Positions 53,687 to 61,668 of a stretch of 61,668 nt of DNA are shown here, piece after piece. The stretch lies in NCBI GenBank assembly GCA_003171255.1, contig PMYK01000013.1, positions 1 to 61,668 on the forward strand, given 5' to 3'. Source of the stretch: Chloroflexota bacterium (lineage in GTDB: Bacteria > Chloroflexota > Limnocylindria > Limnocylindrales > CSP1-4). The notes under the pieces were generated by a model, which saw only the letters and a program-made list of their open reading frames with translations, was not told the DNA's origin and did no database searches. The translations under genes were made by a program, and so were the position numbers. Every line of letters starts with the position of its first letter. The first letter of the stretch is position 1.

Positions 53687-54751
53687 CTACGGCTGAAGCG
53701 TGAACGTGCCTTCGGCCAGGACGTTGCTGCTGGCGTCGAGTGCTCTGATCGTATGGTCGCCGATGTCGAGCGACCCGCAGAGGGTCGAGCTGTCGGTCGT
53801 GCCGGTCGAGAGCCACGTGCCGTCGGCCTGCTTCACGAAGCCGTCGGCGGCAGTCGAAGTGTTCTGGATCGCGCCGTCGAGCTCCGAGCTGATCATCGCG
53901 CTATCCGGAATGGTGCCCGGCAGGACAACGCTTAGCGAGACAGACACGCTGGCGGCGGAACAGCTCATCTTGGACGGTTTGATGGTAACCGTGCCCTGTG
54001 CCGGCGGCTCGGGCGTTGACGTGGGCGTGGGGGCTACCGGCGTGGGAGCGGCGGGCGAGGGGCTGGCCGACATTACGAACGTGAAGGCTCCCTGCGCCAG
54101 AACCTTGCCGTTCGCATCGACGAGGCGGGCCGTGTGGACGCCGGCGCCCATGTCGCAATGGGTGGAGCCGGTGGGATTGGTGTCGCTCACGGACCAGGTG
54201 CCGTCCGGCTTCTGCGCGAAGCCGAACTCGGCGACGGTCTGAGTGATGACAATCGTGCTGTCGATCTTGTAGGTGACGCTATCGGTGCCCTTCACCGACG
54301 AGGGCAGGACGATGGTCGTCGTGTACGGCTGGCTCGGGCAACCGATGGTCGAGGGCTTGAAGACCACGCTGCCGCCGCCGGGAATGCTGCTGCCCGTGGC
54401 TCCGCTCGCACCCGGCGAGCCCTTCGAGTTGTTCATTGCGAGGATTGCCCCAGCGACGATCGCAACGATGACCACGCCGCCGACGAGCAGCATGACGGGG
54501 CTGATACCGGATCGGGCCGGCGCCGCGAGCGGCGCAGCAGGCGGCGTTCCCCAGGCCTGCGGCTGGTCATAGGCAGGCGGCGGGGGTGGAGGCGGCGCTC
54601 CCCAGGCCGGCGGCTGTGTGGCGGCGGCGGCTGCCGCGGGGACGGCGGCGGAAGCCGCAGGTATGACAGTCCCGCAGGTTGGGCAGAACCGCTGCCCGGC
54701 CGCGCCAATCGAGGCTCCGCAGTTGGAGCAGAAGCCGAACCCGGTCGCCAT
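53687..54751 (-). CDS. zinc-ribbon / Pro-rich / single-TM protein with two tandem extracytoplasmic repeat domains
   Basis: MATGFGFCSNCG...FCPTCG zinc ribbon, Pro-rich linker, TM helix VMLLVGGVVIVAIVAGAIL, then two roughly 100-aa repeats sharing KPS..C...DGTW...C...H..R..D....VLA.G.FT. Confidence 0.65.
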   Translation of the reverse strand: MATGFGFCSNCGASIGAAGQRFCPTCGTVIPAASAAVPAAAAAATQPPAWGAPPPPPPPAYDQPQAWGTPPAAPLAAPARSGISPVMLLVGGVVIVAIVAGAILAMNNSKGSPGASGATGSSIPGGGSVVFKPSTIGCPSQPYTTTIVLPSSVKGTDSVTYKIDSTIVITQTVAEFGFAQKPDGTWSVSDTNPTGSTHCDMGAGVHTARLVDANGKVLAQGAFTFVMSASPSPAAPTPVAPTPTSTPEPPAQGTVTIKPSKMSCSAASVSVSLSVVLPGTIPDSAMISSELDGAIQNTSTAADGFVKQADGTWLSTGTTDSSTLCGSLDIGDHTIRALDASSNVLAEGTFTLQP

Positions 54752-54873
54752 TGACGTGACCCTCCGACTTGCCAAAGATGGCCCGAAGATTAGGTCCGGC
54801 CGGGCGAGCACCCCGATCGGCGTGCGACCGACCAGCCCAGCGAGAACCGGCCCATTCTAGCGGGCGGCGACCG

Positions 54874-55536
54874 CTACGGGACGACTGCTTGCGAGGTCTC
54901 TCGACTCCCAAGGCTGGCGATCCAGATCAGCACCGCCGGCATGAGCGCGGCGACGACCTCGAAGGGGAAAGGAGCCAGGCCGAGCGGGAGCGACCCGCGG
55001 CCCCGGTCCACAAGCGAGATCCAGCCCGCTCCGGTGTCGGCCAGGATCAAAGCCGGCCCGGCGACGCACAGCCAGTAGAGACCGATGGCACGCAGGATCC
55101 ACGCTCGTCTGGGCGACCAGCCCCCAAGCGCCACAACACCGGTCAGGGCGAGGCCGGCGCCGGCTTCGAGGGCGAATACGAGCGCCGAAGGTTCGATGGC
55201 GTAGCCCTGGTCCATAAGTTGCGAGAAGGCGCCGCCGGCAGCCGCGGCGCCCGCACCGAGGGCCGCCAGACCGGCCGCCGCCACCACCAACACAATCCGG
55301 CGAACCCGCGTGCCGCGCGCGACCGGCGCCCAGGGCTGGGCGTCGGGGCCGGCGGCGCTTCCGCCGATGGCATTGCCCACAAGCACGAACGCAACGAGCA
55401 CGACCGCAAACGGGATTCCGACAAGAGCGAGTACTTCCACGTGTGCCTCAGCGCCTGCAGATGGTGGAGCGGTCGCCCGCTCACCCATGTCTCGATTGTG
55501 GCTGGGTTGCAGGGTTGTCGCTTGCTGCGCATGCAC
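54874..55536 (-). CDS. hypothetical polytopic membrane protein
   Basis: Several Ala/Gly/Leu-rich hydrophobic segments. The start codon is uncertain. Confidence 0.4.
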   Translation of the reverse strand: MHAQQATTLQPSHNRDMGERATAPPSAGAEAHVEVLALVGIPFAVVLVAFVLVGNAIGGSAAGPDAQPWAPVARGTRVRRIVLVVAAAGLAALGAGAAAAGGAFSQLMDQGYAIEPSALVFALEAGAGLALTGVVALGGWSPRRAWILRAIGLYWLCVAGPALILADTGAGWISLVDRGRGSLPLGLAPFPFEVVAALMPAVLIWIASLGSRETSQAVVP

Positions 55537-55693
55537 CCACCGAAACGGCTACCCCTGCCGAGGGTAGTCGGACACGCCGATGCCCTCGAAGGTGCTACCG
55601 TCTACGCGGGCGCGACCGGTATCCGGACGCGACCCCTCGGCCCGACCCTACTACGCGGCACGTCCGCGACCTGCAGAGGGGTACTGTTTCCGG

Positions 55694-56320
55694 ATGACCA
55701 ATCGCTGGCGCGGATGCCTGCTCGAGATCGTCGAGACCGTCGTCCTCACCGTCCTGATCTTCTTTCTCGTTCAGCACTTCGTCGCCCAGCCGTACCAGAT
55801 ACTGCAGGTCTCGATGGAGCACACCCTCGAGCCCGGCCAGTACGTTCTCGTCGACAAGCTCTCGCCCAACTTCAGCGACTACAAGCGCGGCGACGTCATC
55901 GTCTTCGAGCCGCCAAAGGGCTACTTCGAAGACGGGCAGGACGTCCCCTTCATCAAGCGAGTCATCGGCTTGGCTGGAGATCTGGTCGAGATCCACGACG
56001 ATGCCGTCTATGTGAACGGTGTCAAGCTCAACGAGCCCTATGTCTTCGAGGGGCAATCGACGACGCCTTTAGGCCTTTCGAGCTGGCGGATTCCGGCGGG
56101 CGATCTGTTCGTGATGGGCGATCACCGTCAGGCCTCGCAGGACTCGCGTGTCTTCGGACCGATAGCGAAATCGACGGTGATCGGGCGAGCCTGGCTGCGC
56201 TACTGGCCGATGTCGGGCTTCGGTTGGATTCAGTCGGCCCAGTACGCGGGCGTCCCGGACGCATCGGGTGCGCCGCCGGCGGCGCCCTCGGCCTCGCCTT
56301 CGGCCTCGCCTGCGCAGTAG
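55694..56320 (+). CDS. lepB: signal peptidase I
   Basis: TM anchor, catalytic-Ser box VSMEHTL, FIKRVIGLAGD (Lys box) and VMGDHRQASQDSR. ATG 55694 chosen. Confidence 0.85.
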   Translation: MTNRWRGCLLEIVETVVLTVLIFFLVQHFVAQPYQILQVSMEHTLEPGQYVLVDKLSPNFSDYKRGDVIVFEPPKGYFEDGQDVPFIKRVIGLAGDLVEIHDDAVYVNGVKLNEPYVFEGQSTTPLGLSSWRIPAGDLFVMGDHRQASQDSRVFGPIAKSTVIGRAWLRYWPMSGFGWIQSAQYAGVPDASGAPPAAPSASPSASPAQ

Positions 56321-56334
56321 GTTGCGGGCAAGGC

Positions 56335-56967
56335 TCAGACTGCCTCGGCCAGCGCCTCGGCCTCCGGCTTGCGGGCGGCCAGCCGCTCGACCGCACCGAA
56401 CCACGACCGCTCCAGGATCTCCAGCTCGAGACCCTCGGCCAGGACGTGGTCCAGCGGCTCGCGGAGCAGGTGATCGCCCATTCTGCGGAGCGTGAACGGC
56501 TCGGCGAGTCGCTCGATGATCCGAAGGATTGAGTTGGGGCTGCGGACATGCTCGACGAGCAGCAGCCGACCGCCGGGGCACAGGACCCGAGCGGCCTCGG
56601 CCACCGCACGTCGATCATCCGGGATCGTGCACAGGGCGAAGCTGGACACGACCGTCTCGAAATGGTCGTCGGGGTAGGGGAGGGCGGTGGCGTCGCCCTG
56701 GTGGATCGTCGCGTTCATGCCCAGTTCGTTGGCGCGCCGCTGGGCCGCCGATGCCGCAACTTCGCTCAGGTCGATCCCGGTGAGACGCACGTCGGGCGCA
56801 TAGAAGGGCAGCGTTCGCCCGCGACCGATGCCGATCTCCAGGGTGTCGCCTTCCGCCTTGCCGCACAGCCAGCGCAGATTGGCGTCGCCGCGCCCTGGCG
56901 GCGCGGTTGCGGTCCGTCGATCGTAGATGCGACGGATCCGCTCGGTTTCGGCGTCGTTGGCTGGCAC
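56335..56967 (-). CDS. class I SAM-dependent methyltransferase
   Basis: Motif I TLEIGIGRGRT and post-I LTGIDLSE, with a Methyltransf_11-like layout. Confidence 0.75.
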   Translation of the reverse strand: MPANDAETERIRRIYDRRTATAPPGRGDANLRWLCGKAEGDTLEIGIGRGRTLPFYAPDVRLTGIDLSEVAASAAQRRANELGMNATIHQGDATALPYPDDHFETVVSSFALCTIPDDRRAVAEAARVLCPGGRLLLVEHVRSPNSILRIIERLAEPFTLRRMGDHLLREPLDHVLAEGLELEILERSWFGAVERLAARKPEAEALAEAV

Positions 56968-57090
56968 GGATCAAAGGTAGCCAGTTGCCTCGCCAACGGG
57001 AAGGGCGCTTCAGTCGCGTCCCGGGCTCTGGCGCGTCAATTCGTTGGAGTGCTGTAAAGGCGCGGCCCCGGCATCGCACACTACAGGGGC

Positions 57091-57609
57091 ATGGAGGCCG
57101 TCACGGTGGGGCCGATGATCGACGCAGAGGGGTTCGACTCTCGATACGCGGCCCTGTTCCGCGATCTCGTCGCCCTGGCGAGGGCCCTGGGCGCTGGACC
57201 CGACGCGGAGGACGTGGCTCAGGATGCCTTGCTTCACGCTCGCAGTCGGCTTCATCAGCTGCGCGACCCGGAGAAGCTGCGGGCCTGGGTTCGGACGATG
57301 GCCGTCCGCGGGGCCAGCCGTGCCCGCCGCCGGCGAGTGGCTGAAGCTGGGCCGGGCCAGATCGAACGGCTACCGCTCATCGAACTCCCGGACGTCGACG
57401 TGGCCGGCGCCATCGCCAGCCTGCCCGAGCGCGAGCGGGTAGCGGTGACGCTCGTGTTCGGTCTCGGCTACCGCCAGGACGAAGCCGCGGAACTGATGGG
57501 CATTGCCGCCGGAACCGTCTACTCGAGCATCTGGCGGGCGCGCCGCAAGCTGGCCCGCCTGCTCGCCGACGAGCCAATCTCGGGGTCGGTGGAAGGGAGT
57601 TCCCAATGA
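57091..57609 (+). CDS. ECF-type RNA polymerase sigma factor
   Basis: Region 2 (DAEDVAQDALLHA) and region 4 HTH (YRQDEAAELMGIAAGTVYSSIWRARRKL). Confidence 0.8.
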   Translation: MEAVTVGPMIDAEGFDSRYAALFRDLVALARALGAGPDAEDVAQDALLHARSRLHQLRDPEKLRAWVRTMAVRGASRARRRRVAEAGPGQIERLPLIELPDVDVAGAIASLPERERVAVTLVFGLGYRQDEAAELMGIAAGTVYSSIWRARRKLARLLADEPISGSVEGSSQ

Positions 57610-58442
57610 GTCGAGTTGGAGACTGGTTGTCCAAGCATCCCTCGGGCGGGCACCTCCCCGAGCGCCGGATCTACGAGCTTTCCGGAGCGACTCCGGCGGC
57701 CGGGTCGGCGGCCGAGCAGGCCCACCTCGATGCCTGCGCTCGCTGCGGCAGGCTGCTCGTCGGCTACCGCCGAGCAGAGTCGATCCTGAGCGGAGGCTGG
57801 GGCGATCGGCCGATCCGGGCCGGAGCGGGGAGCGCCGTGGGCGACGAAGCGTTCAGCCGCCTACGGGTCCGCCGGGTTGGGGTTGCGGGTTCGGCTGGCG
57901 GTGCACTGGCGAAACGCTGGGCGGGGACCGTCGCGGCGGCAGCGGTCGTCGTCGGTGTGGCTGTCGGCGCGGGCCTGATCGGTCTCCGGGCCGGGGCGCA
58001 AGGTGGCGGGTCGGCTGGGGTGCCGTCGCCGCTCTCGAGCAGCCCGGGACCCTTGCACTCTGCGTCGGAGTACCCGACTGGGAGCTTCCCGGTGTACGTC
58101 ACCCAGGCGGGAGACACCTGGTCGTCGATCGCCGCGAGGTTCAACCTGAGCCTGCTCGAGCTCGAGCTCGCGAACCCGCAGATCCAGGACCCCAACCTGG
58201 CAATCAAGGCCGGCCAGCTCCTCTACATCCCACCCTCCGGCCTGGCGACCCCGCCCAGCCCGACCTTCATGCAGTACTGGGTGAGGCCCGGCGACAACTT
58301 CTCGAAGATCGCCAGCCAATTCAACCTGAAGCTCTGGGAGCTTCAACTCGCCAACCCGCAGGTCAAGGATCCCAACCACATCGTTGTGGGCGAGGTCCTC
58401 AGTATCCCGCCAGCCGGCCTCCTGACGCAGCCGCCCGGCTGA
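57606..58442 (+). CDS. ZAS-type anti-sigma factor with a TM helix and two extracytoplasmic LysM domains
   Basis: ATGA overlap with the sigma gene. H-x3-C-x2-C (HLDACARC). TM AAAAVVVGVAVGAGLIGL. Two LysM repeats (YVTQAGDTWSSIAARFNL... and YWVRPGDNFSKIASQFNL...). Confidence 0.75.
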   Translation: MSRVGDWLSKHPSGGHLPERRIYELSGATPAAGSAAEQAHLDACARCGRLLVGYRRAESILSGGWGDRPIRAGAGSAVGDEAFSRLRVRRVGVAGSAGGALAKRWAGTVAAAAVVVGVAVGAGLIGLRAGAQGGGSAGVPSPLSSSPGPLHSASEYPTGSFPVYVTQAGDTWSSIAARFNLSLLELELANPQIQDPNLAIKAGQLLYIPPSGLATPPSPTFMQYWVRPGDNFSKIASQFNLKLWELQLANPQVKDPNHIVVGEVLSIPPAGLLTQPPG

Positions 58443-58603
58443 CCGAACCGCCGCGGCTCCCGCCGCCGCCCGCCGCCCGCCGAGCGCCGCCCGCCGAGCG
58501 CAGTCCCAGGCGGCCGCGAGTACCGGAGCGAGCACACCTAAAGGGGTGTGAGCGAGGAACGCAGAGGCCAACGCCGGAATGCGCCGGCCGGCGGCGCTCG
58601 GCT

Positions 58604-60085
58604 TTAGTAGTCCGGCAGGACCGACTCGCCGAACATCAGGTACTTGTCAACGGCGCGGGCCGCCAGGCGCCCTTCGTTGATGGCCCAGACCACGAGCGAT
58701 TGGCCGCGCGAGCAGTCGCCGGCCGAGAAGACGCCCGGCGTGGTGGTCATGAAGTCGTCGTCGTGGACGATGTTGCCGCGGTGGTCGAGTTTGCAGCCGA
58801 AGGCCTCGGGCAACTCGGGCGCCGGCCCCACGAAGCCCATCGCGATGAGAATCAGGTCGGCCGGGAACGTCTGCTCCGTGCCGGGGCACTCGCGGATCTC
58901 GGGTCGTCCACCGGGGTTGTGGACCCACTCGATTTCGACTGTGTCGATCGCCTTCACGTTGCCGTGCTCGTCGTCGACGAGCCGCCGCGTGTTGAGGAGG
59001 TAGTGGCGCGGATCGGCGCCCCACAGGGCAGCGGCCTCCTCCTGGCCGTAGTCGAGCTTGTAGACCTTGGGCCATTGCGGCCACGGGTTGTCCGAGGCGC
59101 GGGCGTCGGGCGGCTTGGGCAGGATCTCGAGCTGGACGACGCTCTTCGCCCCCTGGCGGATGGCCGTGCCGACGCAGTCGGTGCCGGTGTCGCCGCCGCC
59201 GATGACGATCACGTTCTTGCCCGCCGCCGACAGATGCGTTGCCGATCCGCCAAGCAGAGCCTTGGTGTTGGCAACGAGGAAGTCCATCGCGAAGTGGACC
59301 CCCGCCAGTTCGCGGCCCTCGACCTTGAGGTCGCGCGGGATCGTCGAGCCGGTGGCGAGCACGACGGCGTCGAAGTCCCTGACCAGCTTCTCGGCTTCGA
59401 TGTCGCGGCCGACTGCGGTACCGGTGACGAAGTGGATGCCCTCGGCCTCGAGCAGCTTGACGCGCCGCTCCACGACCGACTTGTCGAGCTTCATGTTTGG
59501 GATGCCGTACACGAGCAGGCCGCCGATACGGTCGTCGCGCTCGTAGACGGTGACCTCGTGACCGGCCTTGTTCAGCTGCGCTGCCGCGGCGAGTCCCGCC
59601 GGCCCGCTGCCGACGACCGCGACCTTCATGCCCGTTCGGGCCAGGGGTGGCTCGGGGACGACCCAGCCTTCGAGGAAGGCGCGCTCGATGATCTCGTTCT
59701 CGATTGTCTTGATGGTCACCGCCGGCTGGCTGATGCCGAGCGTGCAGGAGCCCTCGCACGGAGCCGGGCAGACGCGGCCGGTGAACTCGGGGAAGTTGTT
59801 CGTCTTCTGCAGCCGGATGAGCGCCTCGCGCCACTGGCCGCGATAGACCAGGTCGTTCCACTCCGGGATCAGGTTGTGGATCGGGCAGCCCATGGCCAGG
59901 CCGTTCACGAGAACGCCCGTGTGGCAGTACGGCGTACCGCAGTCCATGCACCGGGCGCCCTGCTCGCGCAGGGTCTTCTCCTCGTAGGCCGGGTGGGTCT
60001 CGGCCCAGTCCTTGACTCGCTCGAGAGGCGGTCGAACGTGGGCCGGTTCGCGCCCGAACTCCATGAAACCAGTCGGCTTGCCCAT
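58604..60085 (-). CDS. gltD: glutamate synthase (NADPH) small subunit
   Basis: N-terminal Fe-S Cys clusters (CMDCGTPYC and CPAPCEGSC) and two Rossmann GxGxxG motifs ([12 protein letters not shown] and [11 protein letters not shown]). Confidence 0.9.
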   Translation of the reverse strand: MGKPTGFMEFGREPAHVRPPLERVKDWAETHPAYEEKTLREQGARCMDCGTPYCHTGVLVNGLAMGCPIHNLIPEWNDLVYRGQWREALIRLQKTNNFPEFTGRVCPAPCEGSCTLGISQPAVTIKTIENEIIERAFLEGWVVPEPPLARTGMKVAVVGSGPAGLAAAAQLNKAGHEVTVYERDDRIGGLLVYGIPNMKLDKSVVERRVKLLEAEGIHFVTGTAVGRDIEAEKLVRDFDAVVLATGSTIPRDLKVEGRELAGVHFAMDFLVANTKALLGGSATHLSAAGKNVIVIGGGDTGTDCVGTAIRQGAKSVVQLEILPKPPDARASDNPWPQWPKVYKLDYGQEEAAALWGADPRHYLLNTRRLVDDEHGNVKAIDTVEIEWVHNPGGRPEIRECPGTEQTFPADLILIAMGFVGPAPELPEAFGCKLDHRGNIVHDDDFMTTTPGVFSAGDCSRGQSLVVWAINEGRLAARAVDKYLMFGESVLPDY

Positions 60086-60087
60086 CG

Positions 60088-61668
60088 TCAGTTCCCCGCC
60101 ACTCGGCGCGCGTCCATCACGTTTTCGTCGAATGCCGCCATCTCGGCCTCGTCCTGCGAGAGCCCCTTCTCGCGCATCCGGGCCTGGGCCTCCATGACGC
60201 GTCGATAGTCATTCGGGACGACGCGGATGAACCGGCTGACGGTCGTGTGCCACTCGTCGAGGAGCGCCTTTGCCCGCGGGCTGGCGGTGTACTCGACATG
60301 GCGCTCGAGCAGGCGGCGGATCTCCGCGACTTCCTCGGGATCCGACAGCGGGAGGAGCTGGACCATCTCCTTGTTGCAGACTCGCTCGAAGCCGCCGCCG
60401 GCAGCCCCGCCTTCGCCACTCTCGTCGAGGACATAGGCCACTCCGCCGGACATGCCCGCGGCGAAGTTGCGGCCCGTCTTGCCGATGACCACGACGCGAC
60501 CGCCGGTCATGTACTCGCAGCCGTGGTCGCCGACGCCTTCGACGACGGCGCTGACGCCCGAGTTGCGGACGCAGAACCGCTCGCCGGCGATGCCTCGGAT
60601 GTAGGCCTCGCCCGAAGTGGCGCCGTAGAAGGCCACGTTGCCGGTGATGACGTTGTCCTCGGCCACGAAGGTGGACTCGCGCGGCGGGAAGAGCACGATC
60701 TTGCCGCCCGACAGGCCCTTGCCGATGTAGTCGTTGGCGTCGCCTTCGAGGGTCAGGGTGATGCCCTTGGGGATGAAGGCGCCGAAGCTCTGGCCGGCGG
60801 TACCGCGGAAACGGAGGCTTATCGTGTCTTCCGGGAGACCCGCGCCGCCGTAGCGGCGAGTGACCGCGGAACCGAGCGTGGTGCCGACGACGCGGTTGAC
60901 GTTGCGGATCGGCAGCTCGGCCTCGACGCGTTCGCCGCGTTCGAGAGCCGGCTCGCAGAGCGGCATCAGGGTCGTCGAGTCGAGCGACATCTCGAGCTTG
61001 TGCTCTTGCCCGATCTGGCAGGTCCGGAGTGTCGTCTTTGGCAGCTGCGGCTGGAAGAGGATCCGGCTGAAGTCAAGGCTGTGGGCCTTCCAATGGTCGA
61101 CGGCCCGACGCATCTCGAGACGCTCGGAGTGGCCGACCATCTCCTCGAAGGTCCGGAAGCCGAGCTGCGCCATGTACTCGCGGGTTTCCTGGGCCACGTA
61201 GGTCATGAAGTTGACCACTGCCTGCGGGTCGCCGGTGAAGCGCTTGCGCAGCTCCGGGTCCTGGGTCGCGATGCCGACCGGGCAGGTATTGAGGTGGCAG
61301 GCTCGCATCATCACGCAGCCGAGGGTCACGAGTGGTGCGGTCGAGAAGCCGAACTCCTCGGCACCCAGCAAGGCTCCGATGACGACGTCGCGGCCGGTCT
61401 TCATCTGGCCATCGACCTCGACCGCCACGCGCGAACGCAGGTCGTTGATCAGCAGGACCTGGTTCGTCTCGGCGAGGCCGAGTTCCCAGGGCAGACCGGC
61501 GTGCTTGATCGACGACAGCGGCGAGGCGCCGGTGCCGCCGTCGTGGCCGCTGATCAGGATGACGTCGGCGTGGGCCTTGGCGACGCCGGCGGCGATCGTC
61601 CCGACGCCAACTTCGGAGACCAGCTTCACGGAGATGCGGGCGTCCGGGTTGGCGTTCTTGAGGTCGTG
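60088..61668 (-). CDS. gltB: glutamate synthase large subunit, C-terminal part; 5-prime end lies outside the window
   Basis: FMN-domain segment [12 protein letters not shown], Fe-S Cys [13 protein letters not shown] and the C-terminal GXGXG beta-helix domain. The frame is open to the window edge. Confidence 0.9.
   Translation of the reverse strand, partial: HDLKNANPDARISVKLVSEVGVGTIAAGVAKAHADVILISGHDGGTGASPLSSIKHAGLPWELGLAETNQVLLINDLRSRVAVEVDGQMKTGRDVVIGALLGAEEFGFSTAPLVTLGCVMMRACHLNTCPVGIATQDPELRKRFTGDPQAVVNFMTYVAQETREYMAQLGFRTFEEMVGHSERLEMRRAVDHWKAHSLDFSRILFQPQLPKTTLRTCQIGQEHKLEMSLDSTTLMPLCEPALERGERVEAELPIRNVNRVVGTTLGSAVTRRYGGAGLPEDTISLRFRGTAGQSFGAFIPKGITLTLEGDANDYIGKGLSGGKIVLFPPRESTFVAEDNVITGNVAFYGATSGEAYIRGIAGERFCVRNSGVSAVVEGVGDHGCEYMTGGRVVVIGKTGRNFAAGMSGGVAYVLDESGEGGAAGGGFERVCNKEMVQLLPLSDPEEVAEIRRLLERHVEYTASPRAKALLDEWHTTVSRFIRVVPNDYRRVMEAQARMREKGLSQDEAEMAAFDENVMDARRVAGN

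Noticed and set aside
58443-58603. Direct duplication CGCCGCCCGCCGAG x2 in the gap between the anti-sigma gene and gltD.
   Set aside because: It is a very short, GC-rich, low-complexity duplication between convergent genes, with no further structure.

Overview
High-GC (Actinomycetota- or Chloroflexota-like) chromosomal window. Core housekeeping genes flank a roughly 35 kb genomic island at both ends. Left flank: 2-oxoacid dehydrogenase E2 with lipA, a polar amino-acid ABC transporter, adenosine deaminase, DUF1015, tRNA-Glu, an RDD protein and an orphan DNA methyltransferase. Right flank: S51 peptidase, LLM oxidoreductase, aldehyde dehydrogenase, lepB, an ECF sigma/anti-sigma pair and gltBD. 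The island is integrated at the 3-prime end of tRNA-Arg(TCT). It is bounded by a 48-bp direct repeat (15006-15053 and 50008-50055) that duplicates the 3-prime part of the tRNA. A tyrosine integrase sits next to attL. A second integrase module (RadC, SSB, two excisionase-like genes) sits next to attR. The interior is a dense defence island. It holds an McrBC operon with reader-domain insertions and three extra co-transcribed genes, and a Type I R-M system (hsdMSR) with a translationally coupled HNH gene. It also holds an ApeA-like HEPN gene flanked by membrane proteins, and a DUF433/DUF5615 toxin-antitoxin pair. The most unusual element is a compact cassette encoding a SLATT-like two-TM protein followed by two tandem, paralogous, apparently active SMODS/CD-NTase-like nucleotidyltransferases (27894-30236). 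This does not match a canonical single-cyclase CBASS layout and is my best candidate for an undescribed signalling and abortive-infection system. Non-coding signals include a 27-bp motif present three times upstream of minus-strand island genes. A dual-hairpin motif with an identical 14-nt loop and differing self-complementary stems occurs twice. Several short-unit tandem repeats also occur, and some of them flank an HTH-nuclease gene next to an adenosine-deaminase remnant. All functional calls rest on motif recognition by eye, because no database searches could be run.
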